This document shows positions 13,701 through 27,626 of a stretch of DNA of 64,000 bases, piece by piece. How positions within the stretch are numbered: the stretch's first letter is position 1; every line of letters starts with the position of its first letter. The DNA is from Azolla caroliniana (lineage: Eukaryota; Plantae; Polypodiophyta). A program made the position numbers and the translations under genes. The notes under the pieces were generated by a model that saw only the letters and a program-made list of their open reading frames with translations, was not told the origin of the DNA and searched no databases. The stretch covers positions 5,704,001-5,768,000 of the forward strand of contig JBHGNT010000013.1 of NCBI GenBank assembly GCA_043228905.1, read 5' to 3'.

Positions 13701-15348
13701 AATTAACGATCCAACATCGGTTGAGTACACAGCATGCCGTAGCCGATTTCTTAAGCAGACTATAGAACGACGATGACGCGATAAGATGTCAAGATGACGA
13801 CTTCCCCGACACTGATATTCTATGGTTGTGACTAGAGCGTCAGTAGAAGAGAAAAAATTTCCGGATCGGTGGTTGATGGAGATGACCTATTTTTTGACAT
13901 TAGGACTGTGACCACCACACCTACGAACGGACGAAAAGAAAAGACTGGCAGTCCGGAGTTGGAACTTCTGTATAGTGGAAGACATACTATATCATAAAGG
14001 AAGTGATGGTATCTGGCGGTGTGGAATATGGCAAGATGAGGAGGATGCAGTACTACGTGAGGCCCATTGTAGTACGGCAAGAAGGCACTACGCAAGGGAT
14101 GTCATGGCCAGAAAAATATGGCAAGCAGGCCTATGGTGGCCAACTATGCAAAAGGATGCGTATCAATACTGTAAAGAGTGTGACCTCTACCAACGCTTAG
14201 GACAACCTACGGAATTTGTAGGGATGCCTCACCAACCGGTGCTTCCGCTCGACCCTTTCCAAAAATGAGGTCTCAATTTTGTCAGCCCCTTTACTCCGGC
14301 AACGGTACATACAAGCAATAAATATATTCTAGTCGCCATGGATTATTGCACAAAGTGGGTGGAAGCAAAAGCGTTACGAGACTGAACACATTTGGTGTCA
14401 TTTTGGCTATCCAATAGAACTCATAAGCAATCAAGGGAGCCATTTTTTGAATATGGTTATCCACGAACTCACAAACCATTACACCATACTACATAAGAAA
14501 AGTACGCCATATTATCCCCAGGCGAATGGATTAGCGAAATCGACGAAAAAGACGATGTAGACTATCCTAAAAAAGATCATTAACGAAAATAGAAGGAACT
14601 GGAACACAAAGTTGCATAGAGCCTTGTGGGCTTACCGAACAAGTTATAAAACTAGCATACAATCCACTCCCTTTTGACTATCGGATTGGAAGCTGTAATG
14701 CCCATTGAGTTCCAGGTTCCCAACATGCAGATTCAAATATACCCAAGACTGTCGAAGGGCCAATCGGAGCAAATCCAGTTGTAGCAACTACTCGAATTAG
14801 GTGAAACACAAGTCTGCAGTATGGCCATACTAGAACATGAGCAATCACGACGTAAAGTGTTCGTCAATTGACATCAGGGCACAAGGGAAAAACACTTCAA
14901 AATTGGGAAAGTCATGCTAGTCTTCCAAACACACATGGGTCAGATGCCAAGGAAGCTACGATTCCGCTGGACAAAGCGGAAAACGGGACCTTTCAGTTAG
15001 GTACCCTTGCCGGTGAAATATTACAACAAAAAGTGAACGGGTTCCTCTTGAAGCCGTATTTAGAGCCTACGCTCCCGAATCTGTTTCACACCGTAAAATA
15101 TACGGCAGTTGGGTCCCGCACCAACCAGTAGCCAAGACCCACTTGTAAGAATGTAATAGTATTGTTGTACTTTACCATTAGGGAAAAAAAAGAAAAAAAA
15201 GGAGAAGATAGTCACGACTATTAAAGAGCTTTCATGTATGCACCGTTTACAAGGACAAGAACATGCATCAACATAATGAAGCACAGACCCATGAACCCTA
15301 AGTCACAAAAAGGGCAGAACAGACGGTTTTCAGCACATTATAGAAAAC

Positions 15349-15804
15349 TGTTGAGAGACAAGCTCAACATCGGCCGGATCGGCTGAAGAAGCCGAGGACC
15401 GGATCGGTTGAGACCGATCGGTTAGGCCGAATGCGTAAACCGGTACGTAGACCGGTGCGTAGGTAGGGCCGGATCGGTGCATAAACCGGGAGGCCGTTAG
15501 GGAAGATATTCCATGAGGAATATATTTGGGAGTTAGTGTAGGAGCTCTTAATGAGCATTGAAGTACTGTCAGTACTTCTGTCAGTCCTTCTAGGACTTGT
15601 ATAAAAGTGTTCATTGAACACACATATGTATAGAGTGGTGAATAGAGATTGAGTATTTTTTGTTGAATATAGTTCTTGTGTTTTCTCTCTCTCACTCTCT
15701 CTATCTCTCCCGCGTATACTGTGTAAGCTCAAGCTCTCCATTAAACCTAAGTTTTCTTCCTTCTGTACGGTCTTCATACTTGCTTCCGCAAGCTACTTTT
15801 TACA
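15349..15804 (+). repeat. Bryco-like copia LTR (copy L1)
   Basis: TGTTGAGAGACAAGC...CTACTTTTTACA, near-identical to 21269-21723 and 30308-30762. Left flank AAAAC, right flank AAATC. Confidence 0.95.
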
Positions 15805-16542
15805 AAATCAAACGTTAGAACAACATCAACAAGATGACTGGGAGGATATTCTCCACACGTGTTGTCAACCACACATGTGTCAACCACACATGTCCTATGT
15901 CGACAATTCGGCATGTTCCTTCATTCCCCATCCGGACACAATCGTGCTCACTGGTTGTGTAGGATGAGAAGCATTTCCGGTCTAGGGTAAGATGGAACGA
16001 CGCTCCAGAATCGAAAACCCATGTTGTCTGGTCGTCGGCAAGGTTCAACTCACTCTCCTCGGTGATGAGCATTAGTTCCTCTTCACTTGCCGCGATCGTC
16101 GGCGTTCCCTTCCGGTCCGGTCCTCTCCAATCCTAACCATTTCGGTCTGGAGACCGCTTCGAATCGGTGTTGTCGGTTCCCTTGTCCTTCCAGAAATGCT
16201 GAGTGTTCTTCTAGAAACGGCCCGGCTTGCCGCAATAGAAGCAAGCGTGCCTCCCCGTTGACATTGACCGTGTCCCCGATTTTTCCCAGTTCTTGGTACT
16301 CCGGTTTCTTTGTCTTCCATGTTCTGATCCGGTAAGCAACCCTTTGGGGCCTGAGATCACCTCTTTGTCTTTCGACGTGCCTCCTCATCTAGCAAGCTCG
16401 ACTTGACTCTCTCTAGGGATAGTTGTTTTCCTTCCGGCCCAGCGTTGCCCAATGTGACAACTAATGTCTCCCAACTATCTAGGAGGGAACCGAGTAGGAG
16501 TAATGCTAGTACCTCATCTAGAAGAGGTACTTCGAACGACGT

Positions 16543-17365
16543 TGTCGTAGTGTATTTCGTACACTACGTGAAAAAGTAAAAATAATATAACCGATTTAAT
16601 TACATATAAATAAATAAAATAAGAATATCAAGATATTTATCACCAATAAATAAAATAAGAATATCAAGATATTTATCACGTGCATAGGGCAAGATTTGAA
16701 CCTTGTACCTCCACGTAGCCAAACCTCAACTTTACCATTATGCTACCTTATCTTTAGTGTTTTACAAATAGATTTAATAACTATAAGTGCTTTATTTGCG
16801 CCTACCTTTATTAAAAGGTAAATCATGCATTTTTAGAGTGCGTGAATATTTTATAGAAAAACGCAAGCAACTAAAAAGTGACTCATGCACATCTAGCGTG
16901 CATGAGCACTATATTTAGCAAATAAAAGCAAGGATTAAGAAAGCATCACATGCACATTTAGTGTGCATGAACATATTAGAAAAAAGCATGTAGCTATGCT
17001 TAGTCTCTCCCATCACTATATAAGGATGGGGAGCACAATGTAATAGGGTGTGAAATATTTGGAAATTGGATATATTTCCAAAAACACCAACCGATTAATA
17101 TAATCGTGGGATTCACGAAAATAATATAATCTATACTTGTGGGATTCACAAGTTTCTTATATATTTCTTTCAATCTAAATACATATTCTTATCTAAATAT
17201 TGATTAATCTAATAAAATACACTCGTGGGATTCACGAAATTTCTATCTCTCTTTCTAATAATCTATTTATTACTAGCCTCATCTCATATTCTTCTTTCTC
17301 CTAGTCCAAAACCTCGGCGGTTCCCACCCGACTCACGCAACGATCCGGAGCCGAAAGGCACGACA
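16543..17365 (+). mobile_element. Solo LTR (TGTCG...CGACA family), 4-bp TSD ACGT
   Basis: Flanks ACGT/ACGT. Removal restores host gag frame HQATSFEVPLLDEVLALLLLGSL. TATA CACTATATAAG at ~17013. Confidence 0.85.
16680..16750 (-). promoter_or_regulatory. tRNA-like Pol III cassette (A box TAGCATAATGG, B box GGTTCAAATCT) in LTR U3
   Basis: A box 16745-16735 and B box 16702-16692, 43 nt apart. T-arm-like CAAG..CTTG stem. No full cloverleaf. Confidence 0.7.
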
Positions 17366-19250
17366 ACGTTGCCTGGTGTATCAGTCCCTTGAAGGAATTA
17401 ATGTGTTGCGGCATGCTGGAGCCATCTTGGTACTAGAGCCTCACTAGCTTCTGGAATATTGAAAGATAATGTCTGAAAGATAATGTCAATCTTCTCCTAG
17501 AGCTCATGAGCCTTGCTCTCTTCATTGAAGTTGTTGTACATGATCATGGCGATGAAGCACCGGATGTACGCCATTTGTCTTCATGTGCATTACCTCCCAT
17601 ATTGTGGCATCAATCTTGTCTGGTCTTGCGTCCCCGAACTGCACTGGCAGCCAAAGATGTTTAACCACGAGCATGTCCCTCAGCTTCGACTTCCACACTG
17701 AGTAGTTGGATTTGGTGAGCTTGAACATGCTGCCAAACGAATCTTCCATTCTTTATGTTGTTCGCTCTGATACCAGATTGTTTCAAAATACGCGGAATAT
17801 TACTCGGCCACAACCGAGCCATTAGATTGAATCGATAGAATCAAACACCGAGAAAGGGAATGAAGGTAAATATACACGTACACACAGACAATAAAAGAGA
17901 GAATACACAATATTTTTATGTGGAAAACCCTAAACGGGAAAAACCACGGGTGTCCACAAACTCCAGCTATCACTATGTAAAAGAATACAACAGTGAAACA
18001 TAGAGGCCACAACCTCATGCTCACAATCTTCACCTGGCGCCGGTTGCAACAGAGACTCACTCTATTGCTATCTCTCTCTCTCACTGTACAACTGTTACAA
18101 TGATAATGGCAACTACTTCATACTAAAATGGTTTGCGCTAGGAATATCCAAGGCTGGAACTTTGGATCCAGCTTTGCTCTCCGGTCCTTTGCATCATGCA
18201 CGCATGCAAAGACACCCAAACACCTTCAGATGTCGGTAAAACGCTTCCTTACCGGTCCATACTCTTTGCGGTGTGTCTCCGTCCAAGGGTACTGAGGGTG
18301 ATCTGTTTATCACGTATGTCGTTGTCAACAGTGCCTCAGCCCAAAACGTCTTCGGTAACTTGGCATGTGCCAGCATTCTCCGGACTGTCTCCATTATGGT
18401 CCGGTTCATCCTCTCGGCCAGTCCGTTTAGTTCTGCCATCTTCGGCGTGGCAAATTCGAGCCGGATTTCCTTCGAGCGGTAGTTCTCCTCGAACTACCCC
18501 TGGTATTCTCCTCTATGATCTGCTCGTACCGCCTTCAACTTCTGGCCGGTCTCCCTTTCCACTCTCGTGTGGAGCTCCTTGAAGACGAATAACACCTGAT
18601 CCTTCGTCTTCAGTGGTGTGGCCCACAACTTCCGGTTGTGGTCATCTATGAACGTCATGAAGTAGTGCGATCCGGCATGTGACTTCGTGTCTACCTGACA
18701 CACATCGGTATGCACTAGCTCAAGTGGTGCATTCGATCTCATCAATGGCCTTGACCGGAAGGAGGTCCGGTTTTGCTTACCGGCCAGGTAGTCGGTGCAC
18801 TTCTCAAGGTGCACGTCTTTCACCGGAATGAGGTTGACTTCGGCAAGCCTTCTCATCCCCTTCTCACTCATACGACACAATCTCTTGTCCCACAGCTCAC
18901 CGGTAGTGTCGTAAGCAACGTTCACTTCTTCCCGGCATAACTGGACGTTCATCAGGTACAAAGTGTTGACTTTCCGGGCCTGAGCCACTATTAGGCTCCC
19001 TTTGCTGAACTTCATTACTCTGTTCCGGTAGTACAATGATAATGGCAACTAATTCATACTAAAATGGTTTGCCATAGGTCATATTTATACTAATATGACT
19101 TAAAAACTATTTACAGATATAGCCCCCAATGGGCTCACGGAAACATATTTACAAATATTTCTCCATCCGGTGAGGGGTTCTCACTGGGCCTTGTTCATCT
19201 GGTTCTCACCGGGCCTACATATCCCATCCGGAGGGATCGAAATCCCAACA

Positions 19251-20692
19251 GGTATGCACCGCCATCGAATTGGCTTTGTGCTTCATTACGAAGGCAAGGC
19301 CCGTTCCGGCTCTCCTTGAGCCTTCTGCCTAGTACGATCTTTGACGCCTATCTACGTCTCCTTGTCTTGATCCAGCTTTGTCCGAATCGTCTCATTTTCT
19401 CAAGCACTGGCTCTCTCTATGGCCCTTCTTGCCACATGACGATCAACCCGTTGCGTCCTTCCCTTGCCAGGTCCCGGAGCCACTATGACTCCCCCTGGTT
19501 ATGGAGTGTCCATAGGAGCTTTTGGCCTTTTTATTATGCCGACCTTTCTACTCTTGTCGGCCGCCTCCATTGTGCACCGATCTGCCTCGTCCACCATGAC
19601 CACAGGGCCTGTTTGCCCCCGTGTATAACATCTTGTCATCAATGTGTGTATTCGTTGACGCACCTGCATGGTTTTCCTCTAAGAGCAACATCAATTGAAG
19701 CTCAAAGGAGAATGGCATATTCTCCCTCATGTAGACCGCCGTTCCGAATGCACTGAACTTTGACCCTAGCCCACCAAGACAAACCTGCACTATTTCATGT
19801 TCCTTGACATTCACGTTGATGGAGGAAAGAAAGTCTTAGAAATCCTTGATTTGGGTTGTATAGTCAGGCAAAGACAAATCTTTCTATCGGATATTGGTAA
19901 GCTCTTGCCTGAGCTGCAACTTCCTTGCTATTGTGCTAGTGGCAAGAATCCTCTTGAGATTCACCCACGTCTCCTTTGCCGTCTTGCCATCCCGAATGTA
20001 GCTCAAGAACTGGTTACTCATATAGGATGCAAAGTAGTAGAGAATTCTGCTTGCCGCTTGTCCCCAAGTCAGAAAATCTCTGTGTGTTGATTTGGGTGTT
20101 GCATCATTAGCTCCTTGGACATAACTCCAATAAGCATGACCGAGCAGGTACTAGTGCATCTTGTATGACCAAGATGCGTAGTTGCTCTTGTCGAGCTTCT
20201 CAGTGGGTAGCGAGCTTCCCATTCCTCTGTCCATATTGTCCTCATACCTTTTCCAAAAAACAAGGAAACTTGACTTTGTCTTTATCGCTTGCTTTTCTAT
20301 CGGCTACAGAGGACACATTGTAAAAGAATACATGCAGAAGCTCGTGTGTAAAATACACAGAGTGCACTACTCGGAAATATGACAATTTGGTAAAACACAG
20401 AAAACAGAGAGAAGAAGAAGAGGGAGAGACATCGAGATCAGACAACAGTTCTATTCCAAGAAAATAACACATTGTACATAGGATGCGCTCAAAGAGCGCT
20501 TTTATACAAGTCCATACGGACTGAGAGAAGGATTAACTCATACTTCAATGCTCATCAATGAGCCCCTACACTAACTCCCAAAATATATTCCTCCACGGAA
20601 TATCTATCCAACGGCCTCTTGCTTTACGCACCGCTACAGCCTCTCGTTGCGTGCCTGATTTACGCACCCAATATTGAGCTTGTATCTCAACA
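19251..20692 (-). mobile_element. Bryco-like copia 5' fragment (LTR 20319-20692, gag)
   Basis: GSSLPTEKLDKSNYASW-type gag start; VQVCLGGLGSKF. LTR terminus TGTTGAGATACAAGCTC on the minus strand. Confidence 0.82.
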
Positions 20693-21268
20693 CGAACTAT
20701 CGATAATTTAAATGTCATGATGGATTACTATTCTTTAAGAAACTCTTGTATGATCCTAATGGTTCTTGTCACCTTCGAGTAGTCCAAAATTGTCATGACA
20801 CATATACAACTGGGAATTTCGGTAGTACTAAAACATTACATTTAGTACAACGATCACTTTGGTGGCCTCATATGTGGCGATTTGTCGAAGACTATGTTCG
20901 GACATGTCATACATATTGTATAGCAAAGATGCTAAGACATCATCCATATGGTTTATTGGAACCATTACCGATTCCAAGCAAGCCGTGGTAATCCATTTCT
21001 CTAGATTTCAATCTTAACAGTAGTAGATCAATATACAAAGACGGCCCATTTTCTGCCTTATACTAAGGAAATCACTATTGAAGAAACCACCGAAACCGTC
21101 ATGCGTGAGGTATGTTGGCATCACACCCTTCCCGATAGTATCATTAGCAACCATGGACCACAATTCGTCTTAAAGTTCTGGAAGCACCACTTCAAAATGC
21201 ACAAGGTCACTTGTAACCTCTCCTTCGCTACCACCTACGAATAGATGGACAAGCAGAATGAACAAATC
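20693..21268 (+). mobile_element. Chromovirus integrase fragment (Tcn1-like family)
   Basis: CHDTYTTGNFGSTKTLHLVQRSLWWP..PYGLLEPLPIP. Ends DGQAE*TN and continues at 15805-15828 (NQTLEQH). Confidence 0.85.
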
Positions 21269-24200
21269 TGTTGAGAGACAAGCTCAACATCGGCCGGATC
21301 GGCTGAAGAAGTCAAGGACTGGATCGGTTGGGACCGATCGGTTAAGCCGAATGCGTAAACCGGTACGCAGACTGGTGCGTAGGTAGGACCGGATCGGTGC
21401 GTAAACCGGGAGGCCGTTAGGGAATATATTCCGTGAGGAATATATTATGGGAGTTAGTGTAGGAGCTCTTAATGAGCATTGAAATATTGTCAGTACTTCT
21501 GTCAGTCTTTCTAGGACTTGTATAAAAGTGTTCATTGAACACACATGTATAGACTGGTGAATAGAGATTGAGTATTTTTTGTTGAATATAGTTCTTGTGT
21601 TTTCTCTCTCTCACTCTCTCTGTCTCTCCCGCATATACTATGTAAGCTTAAGCTCTCCATTAAACCCAAGTTTTCTTCCTTCTGTTCAGTCTTCATACTT
21701 GCTTCCGCACGCTACTTTTTACATGGTATCAGATCGCGAGGGTTGAGAACCTCTCTGCAACCGACATAGCTTGATGAAGAAGAACAAGAAGAACGATGGG
21801 TAGAGGAATGGCGAGCTCGCTTCCAACAGAGAAGCTCGACAGAACCAACTACGCGTCTTGGTCCTACAAGATACACCAGTACCTGCTCGGGCACGGCTAC
21901 TGGAGTTATGTGGAAGGAGCTAATGATGCGGCACCCAAATCGACACACAGAGACTTCCCGTCGTGGGAGCAATCGGCAAGCAGGGTATTATACTGCTTCG
22001 AGTCGTGTGTGGGCGAACAACAATTGAGCTATGTTCGGGATGCAAAGACGCCGAAGGGTGCGTGGGAAAATCTGAAGAAGATTTTCGCTGTGAGCACCAC
22101 AGCCAGGAAGCTTCAGCTCCGACAGGAGTTTAGCAACCTACGACAACGCGACTTGTCGGTGGCGGACTATACCTCGAAGATCAAGGATATTTGCGACTCC
22201 CTTGCCTTCATAGAGGTGAACATCGAGGAGAGCGAGATGGTCCAGATCTGTCTCGGAGGCTTGGCGTCGAAGTTCGGAGCATTCCGAACGGCTGTGTGTA
22301 CCCAAGAGAATACGCCGTCCTTTTTCGACTTACAGTCAAAGCTCCTGGTAGAGGAGAACACGCGGGTGCGTCTACAAGCACGCACATCGACAACAGAATG
22401 TTGTACTCGGAGGGAGATAGGCCCCGTGGACGTGGAGGACGAGGTGAGTCGGTGCGCAATGGAGGCGATCGCACTATGCCAAAGACTCCGGGAGAGCCAG
22501 AGAAGGGTCTGCTTTCGTGACGAGACACGAAGCAAACTCAATGAAACAGACCATCCTGACATCGGACGAGGTATGGTACGTAGACTCCGGCGCATTGAAC
22601 CACATGACGAGCCATAAGGAGTGGTTCTCGTACCTTGAAAAACCGATACAACCTGGAGTAGTCGCAACTGGAGACGACACTCCGCATCCGATCGCGAATG
22701 TCGAAGAAGTTCCCCGTAGCCATGTCGGGCAGAAAGGTAAACTCATGAACGTGCTGCACGTTCCGACAATCACGAAGAACTTGGTCTCGGTCACACAGAT
22801 CGTCGACCAAGGGATGGAGGTCCGGTTTACACATCTCGGGTGCTTCATTGAGGAAGAAGGTCGTGTGATTGCGCAAGGGCGCAGAGACGGGAGGATGTTC
22901 ATCCGTGACTCCATTGACTGCGTCACAGCAATGTTCGCGAAGGGACAAAAATCCGAGTCGGACATCGACTTGTGGCACAAGCGGATAGGCCACGTCAACT
23001 ACCAGTGGCTTCAAGATCTGCAATCGAAACAGGTAGTGTTCGGGCACGGCTACTGAAGTTATGTGGAAGGAGCTAATGACGCGGCATCCAAATCGACACA
23101 CAGAGACTTCCCGTCGTGGGAGCAATCGGCGAGTAGGGTATTATACTGCTTCGCGTCGTGTGTTAGCGAACAACTATTGAGCTATGTTCGGGATGCAAAG
23201 ACGCCGAAGGGTGCGTGGGGAAATCTGAAGAAGATTTTCGCCGCGAGCACCATAGCCAGGAAGGTTTAGCTCCGACAGGAGTTGAGCAACCTACGACAAC
23301 GCGACTTGTCGGTGGCGGACTATACCTCGAAGATCAAGGATATCTACGACTCCCTCGCCTCCATAGAGGTGAACATCGAGGAGAGTGAGATGGTCCAGAT
23401 CTGTCTCGGAGGCTTGGCGTCCAAGTTCAGAGCATTCCGAACGGCTGTGTGTACCCGGGAGAATACGCCGTCCTTTTTCGACTTACAGTCAATGCTCCTG
23501 GTAGCGGAGAACCACGGGGGTGCGTCTACAAGCACGCACACCAGCAGCAGAATGTTGTACACGGAGGGAGATAGGCCCCGTGGACGTGGAGGACGAGGCG
23601 AGTCGGCGCGCAATGGAGGCGGCCGACGAGATGAAGGAAGAAGGCACCGAAGTGATGCTGACAGCAACTCCGGACCCTCCAGAAACAGGGGGAGTCGAAG
23701 CGATGAGAACCGGCAAGGGAAGGCCATCGCGGAGTGCTAGTACTGTGGCAAGAAAGGCCACAGGGAAAGTGAGTGCTGGAAGAAGCGCGCCGATTTGGAG
23801 GGAACCGGTTCCGGAAACGGCTCCGGACATACCGACAAGGGAAATCGGCAGCGATCGCACTACGCCGAAGACTCCGGGAGAGCCGGAGAAGGGTCTGCCT
23901 TCGTGACGAGACACGAAGCAAACTCAATGAAACAGACCACCCCGAGATTGGATGAGGTGTGGTACGTAGACTCCGGCGCATCGAACCACATGACGAGCCA
24001 TAAGGAGTGGTTCTCGTACCTTGAAAAACCGATACAACCTGGAGTAGTCGCAACTGGAGACGACACTCCGCATTCGATCGCGAATGTCGGAGATGTTCCC
24101 CTTAGCCATGTCGGGCAGAAAGGGAAACTCATGAACGTGTTGGACGTTCCGACAATCACGAAGAACTTGGTCTCGGTCGGACAGATCGTCGACCAAGGGA

Positions 24201-26356
24201 TGGAGGTCTGGTTTACACATCTGCAGTGCTTCATTGAGGAAGAAGGCCGTGTGATTGCGCAAGGGCGCAGAGACGGGAGGATGTTCATCCTCGACTCCAC
24301 TGACGGCGGCACCGCAATGTTCGCGAAGGGACAAAAATCCGAGTCGGACATCGACTTGTGGCACAAGCGGACAGGCCACGTCAACCACCAGCGGCTTCAA
24401 GATCTGCAATCGAAACAGGTAGTGTTCAGATTGCCGAAATTTAGTGGCCGAAAGGCACAAATTTGTGAAGCCTGCTTGCTCGGGAAGCAACACCGTCTTC
24501 CTTTCTCCAACGAGCGAAACCGGAGCCGGAACAAGATCAACCTTATACACTCTGATGTATGGGGGCCGGCACAAAACGTTAGTCTTGGCGGGAGTCGATA
24601 TTTCATCTCCTTCATCGACGACCACACGCGGCACACTTGGATCTACCTCATTGAGAGGAAGAGCGAAGTCTTCGACTGTTTCCGGGACCTCAAAGGGTTC
24701 GTGGAAACGGAAACGGGACGAAAGATCAAGTCCTGTGGTCGGATGGTGGGAAAGAGTACTTTTCCGGTCAATTCAACGGTTATCTACAACAAATTGGAAT
24801 TCGGCGCGAATTCAGTTGTAGATACACGCCGGAGCAGAAAGGCGTGGCCGAGAGGAAGAATCGGTCAGTTGTGGAAGCGGCACGGGCAATGCTGGAGGAG
24901 AAGAGCTTGCCCAAGTTCTACTGGGCCGAGGCGGTAAGGACCGCGGTATACATCCAGAACTGGATCAGAGACAAAGTGTCTGCGCACGAGCTATATTTCG
25001 GAACGAAGCCGAACTTGCGACACTTGAGGGTGTTCGGTAGCATTGCGTATGTGCATGTACCAAAGGAGAAAAGGAGGAAGTTGGACGCAAAGGCCGAGAA
25101 AGGCCTCTTCGTCGGTGACCCGGACGAGCAGAAGGGTTATAAGTGTTATAACCCTCGCACCAAACAAGCGCGTGTTAGCCGCGACGTTGTGTTTGACGAG
25201 TCCGCGTCCTGGTACCAGCCCCCGACTCCGAACCCCGACTCCAATCCGAGCTGTGACGATGAGGTCAGTGAGGCCGAGATGCCTCCGGATGAGCCCGAAG
25301 TCGAGACCCGCAAAGAGAGTCTGATTTCACTCCGTTTAAGTGGACCGATTGGACGACTAAGTCGGTACGACTAGTCCGATGAAGAGCCGGCGAGTAGTGG
25401 AGACTCGGCCGTGCATTCCCCGCGCAAGAAGCCGAGGAGACAGCTTACGCACAAAGAGAAAGGGAAGAAGAAGGTGTCAGATTTCGGCACGGATAGGAAC
25501 GAGTCAGACCGACGCGAGTCCGACTCCGAGGGAACCGGTGACGGCTCTTTAAAGGTGAAGTCCACGTCGATCGAGAAGGCCTCGACATCGGCTAATGTGA
25601 GATTACGCCGATCTACCCACCAGAAGAATCCTGTTTTGCAGTTCGGATACAACGAGTACATGGCACATCATTATGTGTACATGACCCGTGTAGCCGAAGT
25701 GCGTGAGCCGGAGAGCTATGCAGAAGCGGCTAAAGACGCGAATTGGCGTGCCGCGATGGAGGAAGAGATGCATGCATTGGCGGAGAACGAGACCTGGGAC
25801 CTGGTTGACGCACCAAGAGGGGTAAAACCAATCGGGTGTAGGTGGGTGTACAAGGTCAAGTACAACATCGAGGGCTCGGTCAACCGGTACAAGGCTCGAC
25901 TAGTAGCAAAGGGCTACATGCAGAAACACGGCATCGACTACAATGAGACATTTGCGCTAGTCGCGAAAATGACGACCGTCCGTGTTTTGCTCGCCGTAGC
26001 CGCGGCCAAGGGGTGGCACCTACATCAGATGGATGTAAAGAATGTGTTCCTGCAAGGTGACCTTGAGGAACAGGTGTACATGGTACAGCCCCCCGGATTT
26101 CACTCCGGAACGAGCTCCTGGGCAGTATGCCGACTGAAGAAGTCCCTTTACGGACTGAAGCAAGCCTTGCGTGCCTGGAACGCGAAGATCACGCAACAAC
26201 TGCGTCGGATGGGCTTCATCACGTCAAAATCGGACTCTTCCCTATTCATCCGGAAAGGTCGACTCGGACCGGTTAGTATTTTGCTATATGTTGATGACTT
26301 GGTCATCACCAGCGTCGACCTAGGTGAAATCAACTGGGTGAAGCTCCAGCTTGCGG

Positions 26357-26992
26357 TGTCGCGAAGATTCGCGCGTGCGTGTGCTACTCGAGCGACCACC
26401 GGGGTCTTGGACTGGGGAGGACGTTCGCGGAATTATCGATGCTAGATGACGATCAATGTAAGATTAGATGAAATTGGTTTACTTGAGAAGGAGAAAAATT
26501 GTACACTTGAGAAGTAGAAAAACATGAAGAAGATAAAGACAAATATAATTATATTGATGATAGTGGTGTTGGTGATATCACATATTGAGCCCCCCTTACA
26601 CAAGCCCAACTAGAGGCTTTTATAGGTCTTTCCATGCTCGTGACATGCACAAAACCATGGTTTTGTGCACACGGTTTTGCTTATGTTATGCACAAACCAT
26701 GGGTTTAAAACCATGGTTTTGTGCACATGGTTTTCTATGGTTGTTTCATCTATAATTTGTATATGAAAAGGAAATACATAAAATCTACACTATATGATAG
26801 TTGTCCTAGTGGTAAGGCAATTATCTTGTATCTTAGAGGTGCAAGGTTCAATCCTTGCTTGCACCCCTCTGCATGAACTCAAGTGCCACTAGGCCTTAGG
26901 AGGCTTATTTGCTAAGTGTATGTGCAATGTTGCACATCCTTGGTTTATTCGTCTCACTCGGTTTCACACCGTAGCCGAAAATCGTCACGACA
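26357..26992 (-). mobile_element. Solo LTR (TGTCG...CGACA family), 4-bp TSD GCGG
   Basis: Imperfect 13-bp terminal inverted repeat. Removal restores KLQLAVSFDMK. TATA on the minus strand at ~26618-26624. Shares GGTYTTGGACTRGG motif with 16543 and 61292. Confidence 0.85.
26796..26865 (+). promoter_or_regulatory. tRNA-like Pol III cassette in LTR
   Basis: A box TGTCCTAGTGG 26802-26812, B box GGTTCAATCC from 26845 (43 nt apart), hairpin GCAAGG-TTCAAT-CCTTGC. Confidence 0.7.
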
Positions 26993-27215
26993 GCGGTATC
27001 GTTCGACATGAAGGATTTGGGGGACCTTCATTACTTCCTCGGGATCGAAGTGATCCGTACCCCCGAAGGCATATTGATCAGCCAACGTGATTACGTGCTG
27101 AGTATGCTCTTCAAAATCGGGATGGCCGACTGTAAGTCTGTCTCGACTCCTCTGGACAGAACTGTCATGCTTCGTCCTGATACGGGAAAGGTATGCGACC
27201 CGACGAGGTTCCGAC

Positions 27216-27626
27216 AAATTGTCGAAAGCCTCATATACTTGACCATCACCCGACCCGACCTCAGTTATCCGGTCGGAGTGATCAGTCAGTTCATGGCGCG
27301 ACCTACCGAGGAGCACCTTCAGTGTGCACATCGCATACTTCGGTATGTCAACGGCACTAAGGACTAGGGACTGCTATATCGAACCGGTGCAGCCACGCAG
27401 TTAATCGGCTACACCGATGCTGATTGGGCTGGCAACGCCGCCGATCGCCGATCCACGTCCGGATACGCGTTCTCCCTCGGGAGTGCCGCGATCGCATGGA
27501 GCAGTAAGAAGCAGCCGACAGTTGCACTGTCGAGCACCGAAGCTGAGTACCGAGGAGCGGCTGTCGCGACATGCGAAGCCATATGGTTGAAGTGGCTACT
27601 TAAGGACCTGCAAGAGGAGGTGTCAA
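27216..27626 (+). repeat. 411-bp direct duplication of RT/RH sequence (copy 1; copy 2 at 29106-29516)
   Basis: Constant offset of 1890 bp; only one mismatch noticed by eye (TGCACA vs TGCGCA). Confidence 0.95.

Larger units (their letters stand above)
15829..19250 (-). mobile_element. Tnt1/Tork-like copia, 5' part (LTR 17779-19250 interrupted, PBS-Met, gag, protease)
   Basis: PBS TGGTATCAGAGC at 17764-17775. Gag MEDSFGSMFKLTKSNYSVW; protease WVFDSGASFHL. Displaced integrase piece at 18137-19031 inside the LTR. Confidence 0.88.

Noticed and set aside
26796-26865. Functional tRNA genes at the A/B-box cassettes
   Set aside because: No convincing acceptor or anticodon stems in any copy; treated as tRNA-derived promoter elements.
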